This document shows, piece after piece, positions 14,060 through 29,584 of a DNA stretch of 64,000 nt (position 1 is the first letter of the stretch; the number at the start of each line of letters is the position of its first letter). The stretch spans positions 86,924,001-86,988,000 of the forward strand of contig OZ024744.1 of assembly GCA_964016885.1 (NCBI GenBank), given 5' to 3'. Source of the DNA: Eledone cirrhosa. Its lineage: Eukaryota. The position numbers and the translations under genes are program-made. The notes beneath the pieces were generated by a model. The model made no database searches. It saw nothing but the letters and a program-made list of their open reading frames with translations, and was not told where the DNA came from.

Positions 14060-14562
14060 ATTTAGGAGCAGTTTAGGTATGATACATTTTATTACTAATT
14101 ATATCTAAATGTTTCTTCTCTCTTCATAATGTATTTTTAACTCTGATACTGGTTCAGTCTGGTTCAAACTGAATTGGTCTGTCCCAGTCATTCATTGAGC
14201 AACATCGGTGAAGTTGGCACCCTTAACTCACAGTTGGGTGCGGATGCATTCATGTATATATCTGTGTGTCCGCATGTATCTGTGTGTTTATAAATATATT
14301 AATAACTCCCTCTGGTCGAGCAATCTTTGAAGTGTGGGGACAACTGGAAAGCTTCCATTACTCATACTTCTCGCCTTCTTCACTACCTCTTCTACGGCCT
14401 CGATATGAATACCCCCTCCGCCTCCGTGGTATTTTCTTCGTGGTTATAAGAGGCTTAGCTCTGTTTCTCGACCGTTATATCGCGTGACTATCTCCCCCTC
14501 CGCCTTTTGGGATTCTTTCTCACGTCGTGTAGACGCGTTCTTGAGACTAGTAAAATGAGGTA

Positions 14563-14650
14563 TCCTCTTGATAAGTCGGCAGACCTCGCAGGGACTCTAT
14601 ATCTTTGATATATTGTTTTTGTTTATGCCACGAAACTACGTAGTCGAGGA
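14563..14650 (+). ncRNA. Type I hammerhead ribozyme, U3-A8 variant
   Basis: Same motif 591 bp downstream; predicted cleavage after 14645. Confidence 0.78.
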
Positions 14651-14719
14651 ATTTAGGAGCAGTTTAGGTATGATACATTTTATTACTAATTATATCTAAA
14701 TGTTTCTTCTCTCTTCATA

Positions 14720-14752
<33 letters not shown>

Positions 14753-14756
<4 letters not shown>

Positions 14757-15113
14757 GTTCGTTAGTAGTGGGGTTCTTTCTTTCTCACATCTCATTCACG
14801 GCGGACGGTCTGTTTTCTGAGCGCTCATGAAATTCACCCAGTTTATGCTGACCGGATAACCATCATGTTGCTTGCTGTTTTCCTACCTTCGGTTTGCTTT
14901 TCCTTCTATGTTGTTTACTTGTCTCACTCGCTTTACGCGTTTCACTTGTCCCAATAGCTTATTTTAGTTATTCCTCGCACCAACCTGAGGTATCTGATTT
15001 TTAATGCGATGAAATACCAATGACGGTTGGCAAATCACTGATGAGGGACTAATTTTATAATATGTAACCCATGTGCAACCACGCAGTATTCCACTTTCTT
15101 TCCATGTTTTTCA
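14753..15113 (+). repeat. Interspersed non-coding repeat in (TA)n
   Basis: Clear homolog within 59942-60357; weak HHR-like segment at 14980-15030. Confidence 0.75.
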
Positions 15114-15135
15114 TATATATATATATATATATATA

Positions 15136-15768
<633 letters not shown>

Positions 15769-15817
15769 TAGATATATATACATATATATATACATATATA
15801 TATATATATACACACAC

Positions 15818-15849
<32 letters not shown>

Positions 15850-16130
15850 TTCGTTTCTGAATTTGTTTAACAAGATTCTTTATCTGAAATCGTGTGTTGA
15901 AACCGATATTGTTATACTTTGGGAGGGTCATGTTGCCAATAAGAAACACACGCACCAGTTACTTTCACTTCAATTTATTATATATTTATAAATTTATAAA
16001 TTTACAAATTTACAAACTTATAAATTTCTGGTTGGTTGGTTGGTTCCACAACCAGATAGTTGTTTATATATAGTCATAGTCCTTTCGTCACAAACTTAAT
16101 GAACAATTAGAAGACAGCTTAACCCTGATA

Positions 16131-17273
16131 ATGTACTCCCGCTACGTAGATGATATAAACATCGTAGTTAAGACACCCCCACTAAAGAACAGTCAGGAAC
16201 TAGAGAAAAACACAATGGAAAGCATCCAGCAAATAGCAAACTCCATCCACCAAAGCATTAGAGTTACTATAGACTACCCAAGTAGACACCCCAACCATCG
16301 ATTACCTGTACTAGACACAGAGCTCTGGTTAGATACCATTAACAACCAAAAACAAATCCTCCATTCCCATTATGCCAAACCTATGACTTCCAAACATCTG
16401 ATCCACCGAAACTCGGCCATTTCGGACCATACCAAAATCAACATACTGATTGCGGATTTGGTACGGGTGATGAGAAATGTGTCCCGCATGTGCAACCCCG
16501 AAGAACTAGAGAGACACATACAACACTTCATCCACCGTATGCAGTTCTCTGGCTACAATCAGAGAGATAGAATCAGAGTGTATAAAGGAGCCAGAACCAA
16601 ATGAGAAAAAATGGTAAATAATGACATAAATGGGACCTGCCCCTTGTATAGGAGCAAATTTTGGAATAGAATAGAAAGAACTAGGAACAAGGCCAATAGA
16701 ATAAACTCATGGTATGATAGCAATAAATACCAGAGTGTAATGTTCATCAATACAACCCCTAGAGGCGAACTAGCCTACAAATTTAGAAGGGCCCTAAATA
16801 AACATAATCTCAATATTAAGATAGTAGAAAGACCAGGTACCTCCGTAAAAACACTTATTAGCAAGACATACCCGTTCCAAAGACCCTCATGTATAGACAA
16901 GAAATGTATAACCTGTAAAATAAGCCCCCATATTAACTGTAAAACTAGAAATGTAGTGTATAGCATAAGATGTACTGAAGGACAATGTAGAAACAAAAAT
17001 ATAGTGTACATAGGTGAGACAGCTCGTAGTATAGGGGAACGAATAAATGAACACTGGCGAGACCTCCAAGATAATAAAGAATCATCTGTGCTCTACCAAC
17101 ATGCTAAGATAGAACACAGGGGTAGATTAGAGAGCATAGAAATAAAAATAGAATCCACACACAGAAAAGACGCAATGTTTAGGCAAATTACAGAGGCAGT
17201 AAGCATAAAAGAATTAAAACCAAAATTAAATAGAAAATATGAGTGGAACAGCAACATCACAACTTACAATTAA
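16131..17273 (+). pseudogene. PLE reverse transcriptase C-half plus GIY-YIG endonuclease (Neptune-like)
   Basis: RYVDD, LPVLD, HYAKP, Cys-rich linker, NVVY..C...YIGETARSIGERINEH; one in-frame TGA at 16602-16604 splits a single frame. Confidence 0.9.
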
Positions 17274-17578
17274 GGACAAAATGAAAACACACACAGGACA
17301 AAATGAAAACACACACACACATAGAACAAACAACTTACAATTAAGGACAAAATAAAAACACACAGAGGACAAAATGAAAACACACACACACATAGAACAA
17401 ACAACCAACCAACAATAAATAAATAAATAAATAAATAAACAAATAGATAAATGAACACAAACACACACAGACACCCGGATGTGGCGCATGCGCAAACTGA
17501 GCACACAACACACACACAGAAACAAAATGGCGTAGGATAGAAGAAAGGAAAGGCACAGAAACAAAGAAAGGAATCCCC

Positions 17579-17623
17579 AGTCACTGAAGAGGTCACAGAG
17601 TGTGTGACGAAAGGACTATGACT
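17579..17623 (+). ncRNA. Minimal type I hammerhead in PLE pLTR
   Basis: agtca CTGAAGA g gtcaca gagtg tgtgac GAAA ggac TA tgact. Confidence 0.85.
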
Positions 17624-17781
17624 ATATATAAACAACTATCTGGTTGTGGAACCAACCAACCAACCAGAAATTTATAAGTTTGTAAATTTGTAAATTTATA
17701 AATTTATAAATATATAATAAATTGAAGTGAAAGCAACTGGTGCGTGTGTTTCTTATTGGCAACATGACCCTCCCAAAGTAT

Positions 17782-17849
<68 letters not shown>

Positions 17850-18029
17850 ATATATATAGAGCTGATAAATTCTGACCTCACACACTTACACCTCTCCAAG
17901 ACAATGTCACTGGACCGAGACCTTTGGCGGTACCCAGTAATAGAGAAGACCCGCCTTACCTAAATACAAAGTAAAACCTACTACAGCCAGTAGGCATCTC
18001 TAACAAAATACACCACACCCACCCCATCC

Positions 18030-18434
18030 ACACCGCCCCTTCAATGTAAAGTTATGTTGGTGCCACAACATCCAGGCCGAAACAAATGAGATCGTGTAGG
18101 TGTCACGACAAAAAACACACAGTCCACGCTGTAATGTGGCCGTGTAGGCAACACGGTAAAAACCTCCCAGCCTCACACTGTAAATGTGGTTGGTGTTAGG
18201 AAGGGCATCCAGCTGTAGAAAACCTGCCAGACAGTCCACGCTGTAATGTGGCCGTGTAGGCAACACGGTAAAAACCTCCCAGCCCCACACTATAAATGTG
18301 GTTGGTGTTAGGAAGAGCATCCAGCTGTAGAAAACCCGCCAGACAGTCCAATGCGAGCAAGACAATCACTCTTGCCTCAAGTGGGAAAACCCCCGTCCAA
18401 ACCCATGCAAGCGTCGAACACGGACGTTAAACGT

Positions 18435-18468
<34 letters not shown>
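18030..18468 (+). mobile_element. RTE-associated SINE-like element with (GAT)n tail and internal 112-bp tandem duplication
   Basis: aggaagggcatccagctgtagaaaac motif; repeat starts at 18119, 18231 and 18343; (gat)n tail 18436-18467. Confidence 0.7.
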
Positions 18469-18538
18469 AGTATAAAAAAACGAAATATCAGAGATGCATC
18501 TGGATTCAGTTTATTGCGTGTTACAATTGTTTCGCCGG
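18467..18538 (-). repeat. Fragment of the 15136 hairpin family
   Basis: Matches 15218-15289 and breaks off at tttcgccgg. Confidence 0.75.
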
Positions 18539-18619
18539 AGTAAATGTTGGTTGTATACCAACACCTTAGTATGCAGAGTGGACCACTCGACGAAGTGCGC
18601 AGGTTGGTTTGGTTAATCC

Positions 18620-21600
18620 AGAGTAATGTAAAATAAAATAAAATGAATAAGTCAAATGTTTAAAATTTGGCTTCGTTTATTACTGCTATATATATTTCGG
18701 TGACATCCATCTTTTGCTGTGACCTCTTCAGGCAGTCTGAATTAGTGTGGTAGAGACGAGTACACATGTTGTTGAGGTGTATAACTTTGTCAATACTCTG
18801 ATATGCCCAGTTCCTGGTTGGGTTGTTATTTCACTGAGGAACCGGAATCATATGAATTTAAACAAACGTATTTCAGCGTCAAAGGGCCTCTGCTCCTCTC
18901 ATTGGTCAGTTGTTAGAACATTCCTCAGTCAAAAGTCTATAGAAATTCGTTCTGAGGCAAGCCAATCTGTAGTTGTTTTCTTGTTATTGTTAGGTACATT
19001 CTTATGTTGGTAGTGGTGTTGTTGTTGGAGTCAGCTCAACAAAAAGTGATAAAGTGGTAGAAGGAATAAGATGGTAAAGGAACAAAATAAAATAAAATAA
19101 TCGAATAAAATGTGTGTGTGTTATACCCATCTCAATGTTATAAATATTTGTAAGGTCAAACTTCCCATTGGTCAGTTATGAGAGCATTCCTCAGTCCAAA
19201 GTCTATAGAAATTCTTTCTAGGGTGAGGCTCCCTGTAGTGTTTGTGTTTGCTATTGTTAAGTACATCTGGCCTCTACCCTTATTTTGGTAGTGTTGTTGG
19301 TGTTGTGGTCAGCTTATGTCTTGCTGCTGCTGACAATTTAGAAGTATCTGTGTGTGTGTTTCTTCATCCCTCCTGCCACCATCTCCCGTGGTGGTGGTGG
19401 GGGGGGGGTATGCCATATATATGAAGGAATAGAAGTAAATAAAATGAAGAAAACAGAAAATAAATAATAAATAGAGAATAAATGAAAAATTAATGAAAAA
19501 GTAATAAAAGATTACTGAAAAATGAATATGGGAAATGAAAAATGAAGATGAAAAGTGAAAAATAAAAATGAAGATTCAAATAAAATAAGATAAAATGTGT
19601 GTGTGCTATAACCAATCTCAAGGACAGAAATATGTTGGATAGATTGGTAGGAGGAACAAGATGGTAAAAGAATAAAACGAAATAGGATAATCAAATAAAA
19701 TGTGTGTGTGTTGTAACCAATCTCAACTTAAATATAAATATAAGGAGATAAAGTGAAGAAAACAGAAAACAAATAACAAATGAATAATGAGAAATCAAAA
19801 ATCAAAAATCAAAAAATCAAGTAAATTATAATGTGTGTGTGTTATAAAGATGTTGGCCAAATTAGAAAGGCTGTGTCAGAATTAATCTCTAGGCCATCAT
19901 GGTGTCGAGGGGAGTTCCCAACCTATGGTGATGTTACTGCCCATATAGCTGGAGGGAGGTCTGGCCGAGAGGTGTCTACATGTTCTAGAGAAGCCCCTAT
20001 AGCTTGAGGGGTGTTCACATCTTATTGTGTTGCTACTGTCCATATATCTTGAGGAAGGTCCCTGCCCTGAGGTGTCTGCATGTCCGGAAGAAGTCGGTTC
20101 TGAGGTTTATCAGGCCGCTTCCACCTCTTAGTATCTCGAGGGTCTCGTTCAGACATAGTTTACATATGCAAGATTCCCCTTTATCGGGTGGTACTTTCCT
20201 GATTATGGACCAGGCCAGAGAGTACGGGGGTCCTGTCCAGCTTAAGCTTCCGGATCAGGTCGGAGAGAGCCGTACTTTTCCTTTTGGCCTCCTTATTGAA
20301 GGAATAGCGATGGTTATAGCAGCGGTCTTTAAAGCTCGTTGATGTGGATCCTATGTAGAGGTGTTCGGAGTTGGGGTTTTAACCCTACAACCCTATACTA
20401 GGTTCTTCTTAAGGCATTCATTACCAAGGGGGCATGATTCGGGGTTTCTGCAGTTGCAGAGGGTGGTCGACCTCTGGGTGGTCGACCTCTGCGTGTCTAG
20501 ATTGGGGTTCCCGTTAGGTGTTACATGGTGGTCTTCCCCCAGGCACGGTGGGGGGTCCCCGGGTCTGTTTGGGTTTCTTGGGTGGGCACTGGGTTCCCCC
20601 TTCTCTCCTTTCACATAGTTCTGCTGAGTGCTTGTATTGCCATCTTCTCGTTGTGTGTGGTTTTTAAGCCTACTCCTGTTGATGCTAGCTATGTGTTGGG
20701 CCAGATTTCTCGTGGTGGAATACGAGAGCTTCACAGTGTGTCTGTTGAAGATCTTGTGGTATCTATGATCCCTCGGGAAACATTTATCAAGTGCTCTCTT
20801 CACGGCCCGAATCGGTCGGGTGGTCGTTGCCCGCGCTGGGAGATCTACCGTGGAGTGGTCCCCCTTTGCCCCCCCTCCCCATGTGTCCTGCGGTTGTGGT
20901 CTTCGGACTTGGGGTGGTTAGCATCACCCCTGAGACTGCTACTCATATTGGGTTTCATCCCATGGTTAAGCGTACTCGACGCCAACGCCGGTGTTGTGGT
21001 GTCAGGCCCACGGAGCCTATTTGTTTCTGTTCTGCCTGTATCGTTAGGGTTCGCACCCCCCCCCACGGACAACGCGGGTGTAGGTGTCCGTTGGGCCATC
21101 CCCATCCCGGCGTTTCGCACTATATGTTATATTTTGGCCATGTGCCGCCTTATTTAGAGCAGCGTTGTAATATTCCGCGTTGTTATCGAATATTTGCTTA
21201 ATTGCGGACAGGCTGGAGATCCTGTCCGAGCCACTCTTCACCACAGCCTTGGTTATGGATCTAGGGTGGTTTGACTTGGCGTTAACATACACGAGTTTCT
21301 TATGGGCTTGTGGTAGGGGTAGTATTGTTCAGTGTTCAGGTTTAGGGTGGTGTCTAGGAAGTTAACTACCTTTCTATTTGGGTCTAGTTCTATACTGAGC
21401 CCCTGGTTCCAACATATTGGTGCTGTGGTCATATACTGTGAAGAGAGCATCGTCACGATATAATCCGCCGCCCAGGCAGGGGATTTCATCTTTTATCTGC
21501 TTCAGCAGGAAGAGCCCAACCAGGTCCGTTACCTGTGCTGAGTCGCTGGAGCCCATCGTGATGTCAAAGTTATTTGGCCAATCACTCCTGGTCCAAAGGT

Positions 21601-22509
21601 CTCTATCGAAACGGATGAAGGTCTTTCTTGCGGCGTGGATGATGCTCACCTCCTCTCGGGTTAGGTCTGTATTGGACATCGCTAAAAATAGGGCCTTATT
21701 GAGTACTATGGGTGAGATTGAGGAGTAGTAGCCTGCGATATCCAGTTGTATAAAGCTGGTTTACTTTTCTCATGTAGTATCTTAAACCATTCTATTACCT
21801 CTCCCGTGCATGACCGTTGCTGTAATCTGGTTTTTTTCCGAAGCTTGGGAAAAATCCTATCTAGTATTCTTTTACTGACGATCCCTAGGTCAGATCTGGA
21901 GGGGGCTATTAGTCTGACAGGGAGGTCGGACTCAAAGTTTGGCTTGTGATCTTTAAGGGTAATCCGCGGCTCCCTTGGTTGGTATGGGGCCGTCCTGTCC
22001 TCTATGCCGAGTCCAGATACAATCCTGTAAGCTGTGGCTTTGATCTCATCCAGGGTAAAACCAGGTGTTTTTTTGTAGAACTTCCTCAGTTCCCTGAGAA
22101 TTAGCTTATTATACAGTTCAGTGTTCATGTTGTAGAGGTTGTTGGTTTTGTCAGCATGCACAAGTATTCCAGTTGTCTCTTTAAGTACTGTAATCCGGTT
22201 TCTCAGGTGTCTGAGGTACTCCTAACTTCTGGTTGTGTTTCAGGGGAATTTGACGTTGGATATGATGTTAATCATCTCGTTTTCAAACTCCTCCATTAGT
22301 CTGTTGGGGGGCGGGGATTCCTCCTTGATCGAAAAAGGTACTCCATGTTTAGTGTGTTGGTAATTTTTTGCGTTCCTCTTTCGAAGTGGAACGGCTTCCA
22401 TCTCATCCTACGGACGAGGGAGTCCGTACTCTTAATGAGATCACTGGTGTATTCTCGTTTGTCAGGTAGTGGGATGTCCTTCAGTGACGCTAAGGTTGCC
22501 AGTTTTTAC

Positions 22510-22512
<3 letters not shown>
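18620..22512 (-). mobile_element. Near full-length degenerate Penelope-like element (Naiad-like)
   Basis: Frameshifted ORF ~22500-19897: SLKDIPLP...RRMRWK, TLKDHKPNF..VRLIAP, ITMGS.DSAQ, GGLYRDD, NFLD, SNHP, CNCR..CPL..CL; repetitive 3' UTR; HHR at 18682. Confidence 0.9.
18682..18736 (-). ncRNA. Type I hammerhead in PLE 3' pLTR
   Basis: Minus strand: actgc CTGAAGA ggtcaca...tgtcacc GAAA tatata TA gcagt. Confidence 0.85.
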
Positions 22513-22570
<58 letters not shown>

Positions 22571-22572
<2 letters not shown>

Positions 22573-23477
22573 CTAGACACCTACTGATTAGCAGAGAAAT
22601 GGTGAGACGACTAGAAATGTATTCTATAGCATAAGATGTACAGAGGGTACTTGCAGAAACATGACAACAACATACATAGGCGAGACAGCATAGGTGAAAG
22701 GATAGACCAACACTGGGGGGAACTAAAAGGACGAAAAAACGGTTCAGTACTATACGAACATGCCAGACAACAACACGACGGTAACATAGACAACATAGAA
22801 ATTAGAATAATATCTAAACAGAAATGACCCAGCAGATAGGCAAATCAGAGAGGCCAGTGAAATAGAACTTAGAAGGCCAAGGCTAAACAGAAAGAATGAA
22901 TGGAATAACAACAACACCCAAACAAACAACACTGACCTAAGAGAAGTATAAATAAATAGATAAATAAATAAATACATACACAAGCATAATAACAACAAAC
23001 ACATAAACACACACGAGTAAAGATAGAATACATTAACCAATACACAGTCACCCAATCACGAACACACATCAAACAAAACACTATACACACACGCAAACGC
23101 ATGCGCAAAGAAGACAAAATAAAATAAACAAATAAATAAATATATAAACAGACAAAAAAAAGGTGGCGTAGAAAATACAATGCAACGGGAGGAAACAATG
23201 ACGATGTTGCAGATGTGCAACGAAAGAACTTTGATAAACTATATATATGTGTTTGTGTCTATATTGTATCTGTATTATTTTTGACCGTTGGTCAGTCAAT
23301 GGCAACATTGAGGACCGAATAAATTAGATATAAAAGACACAGAAGCGAAAAGCGAAAACCAACCAAACAGTGAGTGTGTTCTGTTATTAATTCTGGCAAT
23401 ATTACACAAATATGATCCTCCCCAAGTATAACAATATTTGTTTCGACACACGATTTCATATCAAAAACCTCGCAAAA

Positions 23478-23482
<5 letters not shown>
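22571..23482 (+). mobile_element. Degenerate PLE 3' fragment related to the 16-kb element
   Basis: SIGERIDQHW...SVLYEHA GIY-YIG remnant; decayed HHR atgacga tgttgca gatg tgcaac gaaa gaac tt at 23194-23236; pLTR end similar to 15849-15930. Confidence 0.8.
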
Positions 23483-23516
<34 letters not shown>

Positions 23517-23565
23517 GTATATATATATGTTTATATATATATATATATATATATGTTTATATATA

Positions 23566-23691
<126 letters not shown>

Positions 23692-23775
23692 GACGCTCAT
23701 TTCTTTAATACATCGCTCTACAATTTCTTTCAGTTCGCATCCACATCCACCACCACCACCACCATTACCACCACC

Positions 23776-23842
<67 letters not shown>

Positions 23843-24222
23843 AAGCTTTAAAGACAACAATAAAAATGACGGCAAAAACACTATGTTCAGCAGAAACAAC
23901 GTTACAACCACCACCTTCCATACAATCAGGCACTAACTCAAGTTCAAAACATGCTTAAAATATCCTGCTTAATAACCGAAAGAACATGTTCTTTGTGTCG
24001 ATTTGCGATTATTTAGCAGAGAGATCACAGAAATACCACAAGATGTGGGATTTCTGATGCGATTTCAGAAATATTTATCTGCTTATATTTATTTTATTAC
24101 ATTTTTTTATATATATCTTCCATCAGATTTTATTTTAATTTTTTTTTTTTTCAATTATTTTATTCATTCAATTATTCGTTATTTCTATTTTTTTTGTTTG
24201 TTTCTTTATTTTGTTTGTTTAC

Positions 24223-24287
<65 letters not shown>

Positions 24288-24417
24288 TTGTACTAAGTCG
24301 GATTAAAGAATATCGAATTAGGTTCCTTCTTTTCCAAATGTTTCTTATTTCGATTTCTTCAAATATTTTTATTTCAAAAATATTTTATCCTTTATTTTCT
24401 TTGGCTGATGTGAGAGT

Positions 24418-24568
<151 letters not shown>

Positions 24569-24669
24569 GTGTGTGTGTGTAGGGGGGGATTTCATATTCC
24601 TTTCTTCGTTACTGAAAATATTAATTCTCTTTATCTCTATGTTGCTACGATTTATTTTCCTACCCCTCT

Positions 24670-24787
<118 letters not shown>

Positions 24788-24820
24788 CTCTGTCTCTCTC
24801 TCTCTCTCTCTGTCTGTTCG

Positions 24821-24853
<33 letters not shown>

Positions 24854-25115
24854 TTCAGTATATTTGCCACTATGCTATATATATATATATATATATACAA
24901 TACACACAAGCCTACATTCAAACAGACACACACACGCACACACACATAGGCAGACCCAAACTTATACACTTATACACACACATACACACACATATATATA
25001 ATTATATATACACACATACATACATACATACCTACAGACATACATACATAGACACACATATTTTTATATATATAAACATTATATATATATACATATATAC
25101 ATTATATATATATAC

Positions 25116-25180
<65 letters not shown>

Positions 25181-25648
25181 CAAGGAAACGATAAAACAGA
25201 GATACAAAATGTCTTATCAATTTCACACTTTAAACATATATGTGAGTCCCGGGTTTAATGGGGAAGTGACCAGAGTTAGTAAGTTACTCAATACATTAGT
25301 TGAGTGTAAACATCATGTTTAATGTGGAAATGGCTTCTACGGGACTAAAACTGTTTTATTCAGATGCAATCACCAGGAAAGCCTACAATTCTAGCCCTGT
25401 GGAATCCATTTCTATAACAGTATATATATTTATGTACCACGACTAGGTATTTGCAGTTTTTGTCAACTAAATTCCACTGACAAGACATTGCTCAAAACCA
25501 AAGTTATAGTAGGTTACAATTGCCCAAGGATCAGCACCGTTTAACTCAACATAGAACCAGGTCTGTGCCTACAGAGCGAAAGAAAGAGAGAGAGGAGGAG
25601 AGAGGGAGAGAGATACAGGGATAGAGACATATATATATGTATATATAT

Positions 25649-25710
<62 letters not shown>

Positions 25711-25712
<2 letters not shown>

Positions 25713-25917
25713 CAAAGAGGGTGTTGTGAGATACCAGGTGGACCATAATGGACGAAAGTACTCGATACTTGCGGTAGTAGAGTGAGAAATATGAACAGAT
25801 GCAGGAGCGCGACGTCTAAGCGCCGGCCGTTTCGACGGCTAGATCCGAACTAAGTTAGTTCAGATCTAGCTGTCGAAACCGCTGGCGCTCAGCCGACGGG
25901 GTCCTGAATGTTTTCAT
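25711..25917 (-). mobile_element. Hairpin-plus-tail element, family B, copy 3 (diverged)
   Basis: Tail plus imperfect inverted repeat 25789-25917; (TA)n flanks. Confidence 0.8.
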
Positions 25918-26615
25918 ATATATATATATATATTGTTTAAAAATGGGCATATCATAGGCAGATCAGTAATCTGGGAACGAGTGAAATGCTTTTCTTACAT
26001 ATGAAAACTGTTTTTAATAAGAAACATTTAATGTCGAAGATATGATCCCATTTTCTATGACTATTTAAGTATTTGTTTGTATGTTGTTTCTATGCTGCGT
26101 TTCTGTAAACCTTGTTCCTTATACATGTATCTAAGGATGTGGAGGCCTTAGTGTATACTATAACCATGTCGAATTATTTATTTCAGTGTGGAACACTTTG
26201 CATGATCTCCAGAAAGGTTACCTAAGTGAATGAATCTTCAATCTACATGAATATACTATGTGTCATTGTTTTGGAAAAGCCCCAATTCCATTACGTGGCT
26301 TGTAAAAGACCACATATGTCGATCCTCCTGGGTAACCCATGATGATAATATTTCTCTTAGTTTATCGATTTTTTTATGGTCATCGGCCACATTGGATGTT
26401 TATTATAGGGATTTTATACACCTTATCAAACAATATGCCGATAATTTTCATTATAGGAGCATTGGTAAAAATGTATTTCATCATCGCTAGAGGAAATTTT
26501 AAGACACTTTGTCAATATTTCTATGAAGATAAACTGTACCTAACTCTTTAGGTTTATTCATATACACACGATACATTGTATATATGATACACACATATAT
26601 ATATACCCCCCCCCC

Positions 26616-26664
<49 letters not shown>

Positions 26665-27232
26665 TAATATATATATATATAAATATATTTATATATATAT
26701 ATTATTCCATAGGCATGACGCATGTTTCCATTCACATATTGGATTTCATGCTGGTAACTGATTAACCATAACAGCGCTCACCTTTAATCCTCAGACTTTG
26801 GGGTCTTGCTTACTTTCGGAGAGGAAACATATTAACGAATGTTTTATTGAAAACGAAATTTTTTACTGAAAGAAAGGTTATAATCAAGTCAAGACAATCA
26901 ACTGCAGCTTCAAGACACATGCCGGGCTCAGTGTGTGACAGTACACATGGCGTTATAATAAACATAGAGTATCGTTCCATTGAACAGGGTAATGGAAGAC
27001 AACAAAACACTCCAGTTATGCCTAGAAGCTGAGAGAGGACTCTATAGAGCACAGCTTTAGCTGAAAGTTTGCAGCAATATGCAGACCTATATCAACAGGA
27101 CTAGGAGATGCGGACCCTATATCAACAGGACTAAGAGATGCGGACCAGGAGGTGCTGGCTGGTTTGGAAGGAGGCTAATATTGAAGAACTCATTAGAACC
27201 TAACGTTTGTCTGAAAGTGGAGCTGTTCATGG

Positions 27233-28140
<908 letters not shown>

Positions 28141-28152
28141 TAGGTCCAAACA

Positions 28153-28203
<51 letters not shown>

Positions 28204-28208
<5 letters not shown>

Positions 28209-28345
28209 ATTTTTGTTTTGCGAGGTTTTTGATATGAAATCGTGTGTCGAAACAAATATTGTTATACTTGGGGAGGATCATATTGTTGTAATAATATTGC
28301 CAGAATTATTACAACAATATGACCCTCCCCAAGTATAACAATATA
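28204..28345. repeat. Fold-back fragment of a PLE pLTR end in (TA)n
   Basis: Inverted repeat ~28256-28345; left part is the reverse complement of ~23400-23478. Confidence 0.8.
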
Positions 28346-28356
28346 TATATAAATAA

Positions 28357-29110
<754 letters not shown>

Positions 29111-29120
29111 TATATATAGA

Positions 29121-29316
29121 AGGGCGGTGGATTGGCAGTATCGGTAGAGAGTCGGACACCATGCTTTGAAGCATAGAGTTACGTCCCTTTTTGATCTGAG
29201 TTCAAATCCCGCCGAGGTTAACTTTGCCTTTCATCCTTACGGGGTCGATAAAATAAAGTACCAGTAATGTACTGGTTAATTGCTGGCCTTGTGCCAAAAA
29301 GTAGAAACAATTATTA
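29121..29316 (+). mobile_element. SINE family S1, full length
   Basis: A-box tggcagtatcggta, B-box gagttcaaatccc, shared core and tail. Confidence 0.9.
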
Positions 29317-29342
29317 CTATATATATATATATATATATATAT

Positions 29343-29542
29343 AACGAAGGAAATGTGGTAAGTAACCAGATGGACCATAACGCACCAAAGTACTCAATAC
29401 TTAGGGTAGTAGAGTGGGTAATAGGAACGAGTAGGGCCCCGACGGCTGAGCTCAAGCCGTTTCGACGGCTAATTCTGGACTAAATTAGTCCAGAATTCGC
29501 CGTCGAAACGGCTTGAGCTCAGCCGTCGGGGTCCTACTCGTT

Positions 29543-29547
<5 letters not shown>
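29343..29547 (-). mobile_element. Hairpin-plus-tail element, family B, copy 4
   Basis: Near-perfect inverted repeat 29421-29547 plus tail; (TA)n flanks. Confidence 0.88.

Positions 29548-29584
<37 letters not shown>

Larger units (their letters stand above)
13102..14724. mobile_element. Retrozyme-like non-coding element: 591-bp unit in inverted plus tandem array
   Basis: 13102-13760 is ~1.1 unit on minus; 13760-14724 is ~1.7 units on plus, the first with an internal deletion at 13789; near-identical copies; TA-rich flanks. Confidence 0.85.
15849..17787 (+). mobile_element. 5'-truncated Penelope-like element with inverted 5' pLTR and 3' pLTR
   Basis: 15906-16092 is the reverse complement of 17603-17788; internal RT-GIY-YIG ORF; (TA)n flanks. 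Confidence 0.92.

Noticed and set aside
13506-14487. 73-75 aa ORFs in the 591-bp unit
   Set aside because: Non-ATG starts in TG repeats and no motif; they recur only because the DNA is repeated
16602-16604. In-frame TGA in the PLE ORF as possible selenocysteine (some Naiad PLEs encode Sec)
   Set aside because: Not at a conserved Cys position (context TK*EK fits a TGG mutation); no SECIS recognised; the Cys motifs use normal codons
20525-21201. 210-aa and 136-aa plus-strand ORFs
   Set aside because: Antisense shadows of the GC-rich minus-strand PLE ORF
26715-26800. Minus-strand CTGAGGA...GAAA catgcg TC
   Set aside because: Stem I does not pair and stem II is unclear
29121-29210. tRNA genes
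   Set aside because: The A/B boxes belong to SINE heads; no complete cloverleaf
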